From the NCBI RefSeq assembly GCF_035594765.1, contig NC_085842.1, positions 125,749,036-125,813,035 of the forward strand: a stretch of DNA of 64,000 bases, read 5' to 3'. Below, piece after piece: positions 11,256 through 23,229 of this stretch. The notes beneath the pieces are model-generated. The model was not told the origin of the DNA and did not search any database. It saw only the letters and a program-made list of their open reading frames with translations. Every line of letters begins with the position of its first letter. Within the stretch, counting starts at the first letter, position 1. A program made the translations under genes and the position numbers. Source of the stretch: Anolis carolinensis. Its lineage: Eukaryota.

Positions 11256-11630
11256 TTTCTTACTTACTTAGGCAATCCCTCGTAGGCCGAGAATGATGGT
11301 CCTCCATTTGTGGGGTCTTGGGGGTGGGTCCGTAGGTGGCTGAAGGGAGGACAATGGCTTTATAAACAAGCACCTTGGTATCTCTACGGATGTCCCGATC
11401 ATCAAACACTCTCTGCTTCATTCGGAAAAATGCTGCACTTGCAGAGCTCAGGCAGTGTTGTATTTGAGTGTCAATGTTGACTTTTGTGGAGATTTAGCTG
11501 CCAAGGTAGCGGAAATGGTCAACGTTTTCTAATATGACACCATTAAGCTGTATTCCTGGCATTGCAGAGGGGTTAGCTGGTGCCTGTTGGAAGAGCACTT
11601 TGGTTTTCTCAATGTTCTTGAGCTTCTCAT
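11256..11630 (-). mobile_element. RTE-clade LINE 3' fragment with internal deletion
   Basis: (taag)n tail at the left end; homologous to 35385-35655; VLVYKAIVLP is joined directly to FSHLRTH, indicating an internal deletion. Confidence 0.9.
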
Positions 11631-11632
11631 AT

Positions 11633-12635
11633 AGTTCAATGCAAAAAGAAAAAAAATCATCAAGCTGCTGTACCAGTTATTATTCCAATGGCCAGCGGAA
11701 GAGGAACAGGATAAAAATTGTCAAATAAAATGGGCTAGAGATATTGGACACAGTATAAATATTAATCAATGGGAAGAAATGTGGAACAAGAAACTGAAAT
11801 TCACCTCAGCCATAGAAGTACAAGAAAACTGGTATAAATTGTTTTTCAGATGGCACTACACCCCAACCAAATTAGCTAAGTTCAATAAGCACATTTCAAA
11901 TAAATGCTGGAAGTGCAACAAAGAAATAGGTACTTTCTTCCACCAATGGTGGAAATGTAAAAAAAATAAAGATTATTGGAAGAATGTACATAAAGCGACA
12001 CAAAAAATATTACAAAAAAAACCTTCCCTTTATCATTGGAAACATATCTGTTGGGCATCTCCAACACAAAGTTAAATAAAAACCAAGACAAAAATACTCT
12101 TTCTCATAGGGACTGCAGCAAGACTCATCCTTGCTAAGGTATGGAAACAAAAAAAAGTACCCATCATTGAAGACTGGATTTTAAGGTTATTTGACATCAT
12201 TTAAATGGAAAGATTAACACAAAAGCTCAGAAATGAAAAGGGAAGAACAGATTGGTCAGGTTTCAGAGACTTTATTCGAAAGGGCGGTTACACTCTAAAA
12301 ATAGTCTTATCCAATGTATGAAAAAACTTCATAATATCAAGATGGCTAGATCAGAAGGAGAATGAACATTGGGAATTTTCACAAATAACAAACTCCAAAG
12401 AAGACCATGGGAAGTCATGTTTTTGTTTAATTTTTTTCTTTTATTTTTAATTTTTTTTAATTATTATATATATTTTCTTTTATTTTTTGTTACTACCTAC
12501 AAGTTTTCTTGTTTTTTTCTCTTTCTTCCACATCTATTTTTCCCCTCTTCTTTACTTCACTATCCCTGTATCAATGTTTTCCTTGCTTTAACTGTACATA
12601 TCACATATAGCACAATAAAAATATTATTTTTTAAA
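11633..12635 (+). mobile_element. L1 (squamate type) ORF2 C-terminus plus 3' UTR
   Basis: ENWYKLFFRWHYTPTKLAK..KCWKC..GTFFHQWWKC zinc-knuckle region; aataaa at 12614-12619; frameshifted. Confidence 0.92.
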
Positions 12636-13664
12636 AAGTCAGCAGTCCTGCCAACACAAGGGTTTTAACCACTGCGCCACTGGGGGCTCCTTTGGATTAC
12701 AACTCCTAAAATCTCCCCAGTTGTCATGCCTACTCCCTATGAAATCTAAAAAATATTAATAAAAGGGAATATGCATTTTTCATTTACTATCCTATCTTGT
12801 TTTCTGTGTTTTGCCAGGAAGGCTGTTTCTCATTGTCAGATCTGCACAGGCTGCTGTCGCCAGCACTTCCCTTTTTTGCATAACAGTTTATTTGAATTAC
12901 CATATTTCATCTATTGTAAGATGCCATTGATTGCAGTACACAATCCTTTTTTTTAGTCTTGATTTTTTTTGGGGAAAAAAATTAGTCCTCAACCCAACTT
13001 TACTCTTTTGACTTGCTTCCCAGCTGTTCTGGTCAGCCCCTGGAAAGCCTTTTCTGCCCTATACCCAATCATACTGCCTTTCGTGCAGCCGCCTCCAATT
13101 GCTGAATTGAAGCAACTGTTATGTGCAACTTCTCCTCTCTGGACTGATGCTCTTTGTTGCTGCCGACACCTTATTATTGCAGCAGATTTTTTAATGGATC
13201 AGAAGTGGTGGCAGTGGCTGAAAAAGCAGGACCAAAAGAGAGCCATCAAGAATAGACGCTGCAGTGATACAGAGACAAGGAGATGGGAAGAAGCCATGTG
13301 TAACAGAAATGTGAGGCAGCAGCTCTCCATTGCTTCATCTCTCCATTGCTGCTATTTCATGCTTCTGGCACACATGGCTTCTTTCCATAGAAACACATGA
13401 ATGTTTCTTCTGAGGCTCCTGGGCATTCCTCTTGGTTTGAGGATAGTGTTCTTGCCTCATGGCCACCAATTCCCTACCTATTCCCCACAAATTACATCTT
13501 TTGGGTGTAGTGGACAATACTCAGGTATTGCCCATCACCAGAGTTGAAGTACAATTTAAATGTCAAAAAAGAGAGGTATTTCGGTTTTTAACTCAAGCAA
13601 TAAAAAAACTTTTGGGATCACCATGTTCATGCTTGATGTACAATGTGATTGTAGGAAGTCCACA

Positions 13665-13870
13665 TGTGGGGATTCAGGGCGGTTTCCAACAAGAAATGGC
13701 AAACATTCAATGCCATACCAACAAAAAACACTGCCATGTGAATTTAAACAAAGATATCATAATTTAAAAAAATAGATTACTAAACGTTGAAAAACATGAA
13801 TTTGGAATTAAAACTATTAACAATATAAAATGTAAATTTAAAATGCATGTTCCAAAGCACTAAAAGGCAT
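13665..13870 (-). mobile_element. L2-type 3' end fragment
   Basis: The reverse complement reads ggcattgaatgtttgcc..ggaaaccgccctgaatcccc, like the other L2 tails here. Confidence 0.65.
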
Positions 13871-14418
13871 GTTTCAAAGCACTAGCTTTGCATTCAATTG
13901 ACACTTCTCCTTCTATCCTTTCCTCTGCATGCCAACACAGGCAGCTCTTTTTGGACAGGATATAGACCTACGAAGAATCCAGAATTTCCCAGTACAATCT
14001 AATATCATGGACTGTAATATTTTGTTAGTTTCTCAGAACATCAGAAGGAATATACTAGATTTACAATTTTTGGTATGCAGAAGGTGGTGGCCGATGCACC
14101 ATGAAGTATGCTGTCTCCCACATATGTCATAGATTTGTTGCCAATGCTGGCAGCAAAAGAAGTACTTATAGCAAAAAATCATTGTGGATTTCCAGATTTT
14201 TTTAGCCAAAGCATTTATTCATGTATTGAATAATATATTATGCATACATTTTGATTGATTCCACATCAATCAGAACTAAAATTCTTGTAGGCCTATAACA
14301 AATGTTCAACATAGTTTTCCAAAAAGCAAAGCACTGAATACATAATAATCGAAGAGAATAGAATATTGCCAAAGAAATTTAGTATCATTGGTTATCTGGA
14401 TATCTCAAAAACAAAATA

Positions 14419-14758
14419 CAGTCAGTGCTCCACGTTTGCTAGGCTTGTTGAGAGGATCCCTATGAAAGTGAAAATCATGAATAAAGAAATTTCTAATGTT
14501 TTTACCTGAGATAACACCTCTCTAGAAATGTCTAGATCTTTCGCCATGATTCTGTAGTCAACTTCTGCTGGAAGCTTGACAGATTATCACATTACAGGAC
14601 CTAGAGATTCCTAGAGAGGTGTTATTTCTAGAAACCTCTAGATTCTACAGTCACACTGGAATAACATACCTAGGAATACCTAGAGAGACTATTTTAAGTC
14701 AAATCTGTTAATAATCAAATCTACAAAAGTCATAACTGCAAATGTGTACGGATGGCTG
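14419..14758. mobile_element. Tc1/mariner (Tigger-like) MITE
   Basis: TA-flanked; imperfect TIRs cagtcagtgctccacgtttgc / gcaaatgtgtacggatggctg; internal ctctctaga / ctagagag palindromes. Confidence 0.7.
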
Positions 14759-14771
14759 TAATCAATACATA

Positions 14772-15084
14772 GTAAAAAGGTAAAGGTTTCCCCTGATGTT
14801 AACTTCAGTCATGCCTGACTCTGGGGGTTGGTTCTCATCTCCATTTCTAAGCCGAAGAGCCGGCGTTGTCTGTAGACACCTCCAAGGTCATGGAGCGCCG
14901 TTACCTTCTCGCCAGAGTGGTACCTATTGATCTACTCACATTGGCATGTTTTCAAACTGCTAGGTTGGCAGAAGCTGGAGCAACAGCGGGCGCTCACTCC
15001 GCTCCCGGGATTTGAACCTGGGACCTTTCGGTCTGCAAGTTCAGCAGCTCAGTGCTTTAACACACTTCGCCACCGGGGCTCCTC
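14772..15084 (-). mobile_element. Sauria SINE
   Basis: (ACCTTT)-type tail (aaaaggtaaagg), tRNA-like head at the right end, and 12-bp TSD aatcaatacata at 14760-14771 and 15085-15096. Confidence 0.95.
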
Positions 15085-15859
15085 AATCAATACATACTCT
15101 CTTGCATATATGATGGTAGTTGAAGGCCCAGCAAGAATTAAAAGAACATTGTGTCATTACCAATAACGTATAGCTGAGAAATGATAAATGAATTTTAAGA
15201 TACTCTTACAATAAGGCATATATTTTATTAAAATTTAAGGGGCAATCATATTTAAGCATTGTATCTGACTTTCACAATTCACCTAGGGAAAGTCAGATCG
15301 CCATGTTTATTGTGCACTTGTAACCACAACAATCACCTCATGCAGCAGATGCTGAGTTCAAGATATTTCATTGATAAAGCTATTGTGCGAAGCAGACTGC
15401 GCTGCAAACTTCAGTTTAGGCTGCTCACTTCAAATAGGTTCTAGGTTGCTGTTCTGTCGCCAATGTTGAAGAAATATCTGCCCAATCCTGCCAATAAGAT
15501 GAACAACTACAGAATTGCTATAAATATTCTCATATAGCAGGAAGCATCCATGGGGGAATGTATTCATTTTACTTCCCAATTTGTTTAGCACCATAGAGAT
15601 CTCTGAAATCACAATTACTTTAGGCAGATTGGAAATAACTAGTTACAAACACAGTTTACTTATGAAGTCCATTACATAAGCTAGATTACTTAATTACATG
15701 ATATTACATTTACAACCCGACATGACATGATCTCCTTTTTACAGCATAATTGTAATTTCTTAGTTACTATTATCATCATGGGGTAATACGACTAGATAGG
15801 GAAGGTGAAATTGCACATGGTTCACACTGGCTATTGCAAGTCGTGATTCTGAATGATAA

Positions 15860-16042
15860 AACATCCCCTCAGGAGAAGGTTAAATTGCCTCTGTGTCTGT
15901 CTCTGTCTCAGTCTCTGTTTGATGTGTTTATGGGCATTGAATGTTTGCCCTATGTGTGTATAATGTGATCCGTCCTGAGTCCCCTTCGGGGTGAGAAGGG
16001 CGGAATATAAATACTGTAAATAAATAAATAAATAATAAATAA
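15860..16042 (+). mobile_element. 3' part of an L2-tailed SINE or L2 element
   Basis: ggcattgaatgtttgcc..ctgagtccccttcggggtgagaagggcggaatataaat plus (taaa)n. Confidence 0.8.
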
Positions 16043-18273
16043 CTAAATAAAACTATCATTTTTAAATGTAACTAAAATTAATTGATACGGTTATTTCTGA
16101 TATTCAGGAATTTAGATTTATTTTGTGCTTTTTAATTAATGTAGGTTGTGCTTTTTAGTTGCCCAAATAAAAGGCATTATTTTTTGTGGATTTTGTTGTA
16201 AGAATTTAGAGAGTTACTGTTAAAACCTTAATTGTAGAGATAATTAGGTATTTTGTGTGTTTGGAATGATAACTGCAAGTAATTTCAGTTACTTGCTCTG
16301 CTAGCTATGTTCAATCAAAAACAAAAGTTTTGTTGTTCAAATGTTTGTGAAAACCAAATGCAGTTTGAGGCAACAGTCAAATCATCTTTCACAGGCAATG
16401 AGAGAATGGTATTTTGACTCCAGGGATGGATGATTAGGCTAAATGTCTGTTGTGCAGAAGGTTTATCTATAAACACTGCAGCAAGGCTTTAGATTTTTAC
16501 CACAATATATTGTTAGTTGCAATCAAATGCTGCTCAGACGAAAAATGTGGCCCATAGCAGTAATTACCAGTCTCTTGACTGAAACAAAGGGCAATTACAA
16601 CATGCTGAAGAAGTGTGCTCGCAACCATGAAGCACTTGATTATAGAGTGGGGATGCAATCAGCAAGCAACATATTTTTGTCTGCATGGGTCTAAGACAGA
16701 GCTCACTGGGGGTACGGGTTAGGTAAGGATTTTATAGGCAGTGTTAAGTCAAAATCAGGCTATAAAACTATTTGTTGTTTTTAATGCATGCAATACCAGC
16801 ATACACCCCCCCCCCACACACACACACACATACATGAGGCTTAAACAAAGTGTGGAAATGAATTAGCAGTGCAATATTATGGTGGAATTTGTTTCTTTAG
16901 TTTCTCAATCTTTGTGAATTTATCTGTTGGTTCATTGATTTTTGCATACTGCTACAAGTTTGCTTTCTCACTCTTGGTTCTGGAAGAATACACCGTGCTT
17001 AAAGCTGCCATTTGTAATGAGGCTTATCTCCTGTGAGAATGCATCACAGATTGGTGGCATGGGGGAGAGATCAGTACCATTCCAGGTATAAAATTTTCTG
17101 TATAAGCTAAGTTTTCTTAGGCCTGTAAAGTAGATGTGCCATTTACATCCTAAAAGGTGAGGCAGTCTTTTAAACAAAGATAAAGGGGCTAAGATAAGTC
17201 ATTGTTCCTTGTCTCCATAAAATTATTAATTTTTCTCCAAATACCTGTCAGCCAAGAAAGAAAAAAGAAAGCAGCTTCAAGGCAGAGCAGCCTGAGAACT
17301 CAGGGGAGGTCAGAGGGAGAATGAGGGGCAACGGCTAATGGAGAGTGTCACTTATGCAAATCAAAAAAGTGAACATAGTTCTCCTGTCAAAACCAACTTT
17401 TCAATTCATGAACTTTTATGAATTTTTTCTATTTGCCTCTCATGCAGACAAAGAAAGAAGAGCAGCTCTAATCATAATGAAATTGGTGTTGTTTTTTTCT
17501 CTTTAAAAAACATAGATCCTTAAAATGTTTGCTAATGTTATCTAGATTGTGTTTGGAAACTGATTACCGAGTCTGTACCATAAGAGCAATTGGATGTAAT
17601 CTGAAAAGCCCAAGGAGCCAAGCTTGTGTTAGAGGTGAAGAAGCATCAACACTTGCATATAGAGCCACTAGGGACAGAAGGAACCCTGTAGCAAAAACAT
17701 GGGTAAACTATGCCCACGAAATGGATTGGGCTTTTTCCTCTGCCTCGGAGCTCTAAGACCATCATCCCTGTGTCGGCTGCACAGACCCAATTCCCAGTGT
17801 GAGAATGCAGCAGGCATTATTTCAGGGAGCAGTCAGTTGGCAGTCAGAAGGCAAGGAGAGGCAGAAATTCCCCTTTTTGAGGAACTTCTTCTGCGTTGGC
17901 TTTCTTTGAAGCCCTGATTTCTCCCATGACTCTCTTTTTCCTTCCACTGTTGTTGGGAGAATCTGAGACCAAGCCTCCCTTAACTCCCACAGCACATCCG
18001 GAGTCATAGCAAACTAACAACTGCAGCCTGCCTCATAGGTACCAGAGATACAAGCAGGACCTCAGGCATCACAGGTAACTGGCCTCCATCTTTTTGAAAG
18101 CCCCCTTTTTAATTAATGACTTTGAGGAAAGGTATTTGCTTATTCCTCCTATCTCAAAGGTTCCCCTTACTTTTGCATCGGGCCTCAGTGAGCCTATTTT
18201 CCCTTCACTTGAAGACATTTTGAATCCAAGTAGTAGTATATTCCTAGTATGTTAGTATATTCCTCTGTTGACT

Positions 18274-18365
18274 GTGGGTGCATCCACACTCTGGAATCAA
18301 TGCAGTTTGATACCACTTTTATCGCTATTACTCCATGCTATGGAATCCCAGGAGTTGTATTTTGC
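18274..18365 (+). mobile_element. Partial Harbinger-like MITE arm
   Basis: gggtgcatccacact..ccacttt..atgctatggaatcccaggagttgta; the same family occurs at 42810-43373 and 51875-52043. Confidence 0.6.
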
Positions 18366-18768
18366 AAATAATGCAAGCAACACTGAACTTTGCACATGCT
18401 TAAAATGAAGGCAATGCTGTGTGAGATGTACCCATCCTATGCTCAAAAAAGGAGGTGGGATGCTCCCATAGTGATTCCCTTTGTCTAAAACTGAACTGTG
18501 CCATCTATATATATATAAAAGGATAAAAAAATTCGGCCTAGGACAAAACAACAAAACTACACATCCCAGAAACACTAAACTTGGCAACACAACCTCTCAT
18601 CCATGCCTCTACGTTCATACAACAAAAAGAAAAGAAAAATAAAGTCCTAATTAGAGGGAAAGGAATAATTGTGTTTTATCCAATTGCTGCCAGTTAAAAG
18701 GCTAAACTCTGCCCACTTGGTCTCCTAGCAACCTACTCAGCCCAGGGGACAGGCACAGTTAGGCCTCA

Positions 18769-18971
18769 GGCCTCTTCCACATTGCCTATAAGATACAGAT
18801 TATCTGATTTTAACTGGATTATATGGCAGTGTAGACTCAAGGCCCTTCCACACATAGCTATATTACCCATTTATAATTTTATATTATTTGCTTTGAACTG
18901 GATTATCTTGAGTCCACACTGCCAGATAATTCACTTCAGTGTGCATTTTATACAGCTGTGTAGAAGGGGCC
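18769..18971. mobile_element. Harbinger-like MITE inside the Helitron
   Basis: ggcctcttccaca ... tgtgtagaaggggcc termini; matches the free copy at 63625-63774. Confidence 0.75.
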
Positions 18972-19016
18972 TCATATAATCCAGTTCTAAGCCGATAAAA
19001 TAAGATTATAAATATA

Positions 19017-19636
19017 CAGTAGAGTCTCATTTATCTAACATAAACAGGATGGCAGAATGTTGGATAAAGGAATATTTTTTTTGTGTGTGTCAGGAGCAAC
19101 CGGAGTTGCTTCTGGAGTGAGAGAATTGGCCATCTGCAAGGATGTTGCCCAGGGGACGCCCGGATGTTTTGATGTTTTTACCATCCTTGTGGGAGGCTTC
19201 TCTCATGTCCCCGCATGGAGCTGGAGCTGATAGAGGGAGCTCATCCACACTCTCCCCAGGTGGGATTCGAACCTGGCAGCTTTCAGGTCAGCAACCCAAC
19301 CTTCAAGTCACTTAGTCCACTATGCCATCTGGGGGCTCAATAAAGGAATATGTTGGATAATAAGAAGGGATTCAGGAAAAGCCGATTAAACATCAAATTA
19401 GGTAATGATTATACAAATTAAGCACCAAACATCATATTATACAACAAATTTGACAGAAAACATAGTTCAATGCTCAGTAATGCTATGTTGTAATTAATGT
19501 ATTTACAAATTTAGCACCAAAATATCACAATGAATTTAAAACATTGACTATAAAAACATTGACTACTAAAAGGCAGACTGTGTTGGATAATCCAGAACAC
19601 TGGATAAGCAAATGTTGGATAAGTGAGATTCTACTG
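19017..19636. mobile_element. Tc1/mariner MITE inside the Helitron
   Basis: TA-flanked TIRs cagtagagtctcatttatc / gataagtgagattctactg. Confidence 0.85.
19076..19339 (-). mobile_element. tRNA-derived SINE inserted in the Tc1/mariner MITE
   Basis: 12-bp TSD ataaaggaatat at 19064-19075 and 19340-19351; B-box (rc ggttcgaatccc); T-rich tail at the left end. Confidence 0.92.
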
Positions 19637-19659
19637 TAATATGAAATAATTACTGTTGT

Positions 19660-19732
19660 AATCCAGTCCAATCCAATTCTGCCATGGAGGACACAATCCA
19701 AGCACTCCCAACAGATGGCCACCCAGCCTCTC

Positions 19733-19799
<67 letters not shown>

Positions 19800-20338
19800 T
19801 CATACAATCATAAGGTTAGGAGACACTCCTAAGGATCATCCAGTTCAACTTCCTTCTACCATGCAGGACGACACAAACCAAGCACTCCTGACAGATGTCC
19901 ATCCAAGATCTGCACAGTAATAATACAAATCGAATCATAGGATCAGACAGTTAGGAGAGACCCCTAAAGGCCATCCAGTCCAACCCAACTCTGCAATTGG
20001 ATGATACAATCCAAGCACTCCCAACAGATGGCCAGCCAGCCTCTCAATAATAATAATAATAAGAATAAGAATATCATACAATCCTAAGGTTAGCAGATAC
20101 CCCTAAGGATCATCCAGTTCAACTTCCTTATATCATGCAGGAGGACACAATCCAACCACTCCTGACAGATGGCCATCCAATATCTGCACAATAAGAATAC
20201 ACATCGAATCATAGCATCAAACAGTTAGGAGACACCCCTAAAGGCCATCCAGTCCAACCCAATTCTGCCATGCAGGACACAATCCAAGCACTCCCAACAG
20301 ATGGCCACCCAACCTCTCAATAATACTACTACTACTAC

Positions 20339-20389
<51 letters not shown>

Positions 20390-20544
20390 CAACATCATCA
20401 TCATACAATCCTAAGGTTTGGAGTGACCCCTAAGGATCATCCAGATCAACTTCCTTCTACCATGCAGGAGGACACAATCCAAGCACTCCTGACAGATGGC
20501 TATCCAGCCTCTACATAATAATGATGATGAAGATGATGATGATG

Positions 20545-20589
<45 letters not shown>

Positions 20590-20690
20590 GAAGCATAGAA
20601 TCCAAGAGTTTGGAGAGACCCCAAGGGCCATCCAGCCCAACCCTTTCTACTATGCAGCAGGACACAATCCAAGCATTCACAACACATGGA
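19660..20690. repeat. Tandem array of ~7 CR1-3'-end-derived units separated by (AAT)n tracts
   Basis: Recurrent catccagt.caac..acacaatccaagcactcc..acagatggcca; matches the CR1 terminus at 27659-27770. Confidence 0.9.
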
Positions 20691-23229
20691 CAACATATAA
20701 ATACGATACAATACTACACAGGGACATAGACCCCCTCTACCCTCACCACTTTCACAGTACACAAACAACCAAATGCATACTAAACATAAAGACAACCATA
20801 CAACAGACGTTCAATACCACCACTATCTCAACAAGTTCTCACCAACACCACCAGACAACACCACAGCAACGCATGGCCGGGCACAGCTAGTTAAATATAT
20901 AGAGATATTTATATAAGTATCTGAAGCTGAACCCTGAAAAATCAGTCTGCAAACAGGTGGGGGTCTGTCAGTGAGTCATATATTCATATTGCGATTCTGC
21001 TGCTACTCATGCTCAAATGCCTGATCCCATAACCACGTTTTCATTCTCTTTCGGAAAGACAGGAGGGAGGGAGCCTGTCTAATTTCGTTTTTTACTTGGC
21101 TTCAGGAGGTCAATTGATACCTCACATATTCTATTTTATAAACTGAATTTCTATGTTTTTAGTTATAAAAGTATTTTATGTTGTTTTGGTCCTTAAATGG
21201 GCCACCAGAATAGAACATATTATATTCTTTATGGACATAATATTGAACTTTTAAAATCATTTTATGGGCTTTATCTGCTTAGGGTCTTTGCCATGTAGTG
21301 AAGACCAGTTGCTGCAGCTCCCTCAGATAAGCACATTATGGCTACTTGTTTTGCTCTGCCCAGCCTGGCCATCAAATTTTAAAACGCAACGTGGCCCCTT
21401 TGTCAAAATGTTTGCCCATGCCTGCTGTAGAGCATGCCGGCTGTCTTGTTTTCATTTTTGTTTCTTAGAGTTTAGTAACTCAAGGTGATTTGCCTACTGC
21501 CTGAAGTAACTTCCCCTTTCTTCTCAAAAGACTTAAGTGTGTTTTATTACCCTTTGTTTGAGAAGGGAGCACCATGAGGCTTCTCTGGCTGAAGGAGAGA
21601 ATCAGAATTAGAAACTCTTCTACCAAAGTCTATCTACTATTTGATATGAGATGTATTGCCTGCAACAAGAAAAGTTTTGCAATTTGCCACCACACTGAAG
21701 GGAGGCAGGCAAATTGAGGCTATTCCACTTTGGTGCTTACTCTGTGGAAAATGCATCCTCTCACAAACCCTGAGTATGGTGCTTAAAACATATCTGCAGT
21801 CCAAAGAGGTTTAGCATATTTAATTTCAGCCACTTATTATTGCCAAGTTGTGCAGGCCTGCTCTAGACACATGTGTAAAAGCCCTAGAGATTGTTAAATG
21901 GATATCAAATTAAGATGGGAAACCTGCCAAGGTACCATACCATCTTGTGATAACACTTTTTCCAATCAGTCATACGTTTCACTTGTTATATTCCCTTTAA
22001 AATCTTTTATAATAAGAATTCAGTGGATTTGCTGACTTCAGAGACATCGGTTCAGAACCTCAACTTTCTCCCTGGGAACAGATGAAAAGGATTGGTTGGA
22101 TCGTTGACTGATAGATTTATAAAATCCTTCCCTATCCAGGAGCAAGTCTCCAGGAACAATAGCAATTTCTGTGTTCTTCAATGCTTTCCTCTTCTCACCT
22201 CCCGCTCTCTTCAATATCAGCTGCCTCTCACACCTGGCTTAATTTAAAAGAGTGGAGTATTAACCCCACCGCCTCTGCCTCTGCCTGTGTTATCTTGCAA
22301 ATATGTCTGACGATCAGCTTTTCCCACTTAATTCCCACTTCACTGTCTACGCTCCCCAAGTCAAACTGAAAAGGAAAGACAAAGAGAAGGAAGTCATTTT
22401 GCCCCATTTCCCTGCTGTAGGTAGCACTATGGGCTTTTATGTGACTGGAATTCGCCTTCACATAATTCAGTCATCTATAAGGTTTCTATTTGTTGCAGTC
22501 ATGAGGGACAGCATGCACACAAGCCAGATGTCACATGCAATTAGCATTATCTCCAATTCTAATTAATAACATCAGACACTGTGCCTGTCTCCCTTACCTC
22601 CCACCTTGAAAGGTTTATCATTTACATTATATAATGTCAGTGACTTTCACATTTTCCATCCTCACACAGAGGCAGAGTACTGATATACCACTGAGATATC
22701 ATCATCAGTTGCATGCAAATACACACAATTTGACTAGTGTGGCTGTCATGGAAGTTTTCAGTCACCTCATAACCTAGAATCTGCAGGAATGAGCACTGGG
22801 GGGGATTTTTCAGCAAGTTGGAATAGTTGGAATTTTCAGCAAGTTGGAACGTAGAACCAGATGTATTCCATGCCAACCTGTCCCCAGACCATAACAAAGC
22901 ATCCATTTGAAAAAATGACTGGGTATTTTTAATTGAATCAAGTATCATATAGTGATTTTAAATGATAAACACAAGTAGTATGCCTAAAACTAAAAGGTAA
23001 GATGAATTATATAATGGTTGACCCAGTCCAGGAAGTCTTCTCCGATGAAGATTCCAAGGCCAGAGACTCTAAGGGATTGTTACTCTGGACCTTTTTGTCT
23101 CTCCTTCATAGATAATGCCTCCTCCACCCCCTATGCACACATACACACAAATCCCCACAAGAACAGTGATAACATTTCTTTTCTAATCTAAAATGGAAGG
23201 ATAGAAAAGCAGGTGCATAGTATTTTAAA

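Larger units (their letters stand above)
11012..12690 (-). mobile_element. tRNA-derived Anolis-type SINE split into 11012-11255 and 12636-12690 by a 1.38-kb insertion
   Basis: The body matches the copy at 19076-19339; tRNA-like head (rc ggagcccccagtggcgcagtggttaaa) ends at 12690; candidate TSD tttgg at 11007-11011 and 12691-12695. Confidence 0.9.
18504..20890 (+). mobile_element. Non-autonomous composite Helitron (2387 bp)
   Basis: 5' TCtatatatatataaaa directly after host A18503; 3' gcaacgcatggccgggcacagCTAG directly before host T20891; no TSD; contains captured TE pieces. Confidence 0.92.

Noticed and set aside
13459-13665. Weak resemblance to a retropepsin C-terminal half (LLGVVD..LPITRVEVQF..KKLLG)
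   Set aside because: No catalytic D(T/S)G motif and no flanking gag or RT sequence; cannot be supported without an HMM search.
12640-15084. A-box and B-box motifs suggesting tRNA genes
   Set aside because: They are SINE heads attached to SINE bodies with TSDs and do not form a full cloverleaf.
19660-20690. Repeat-spacer pattern superficially like a CRISPR array
   Set aside because: The units are ~130-bp CR1-tail derivatives separated by microsatellites, not unique spacers. The DNA is eukaryotic and has no cas genes.
19525-20795. ORFs with poly-Leu, poly-Ile or poly-Asn tracts
   Set aside because: These are translations of (AAT)n microsatellites inside the Helitron.
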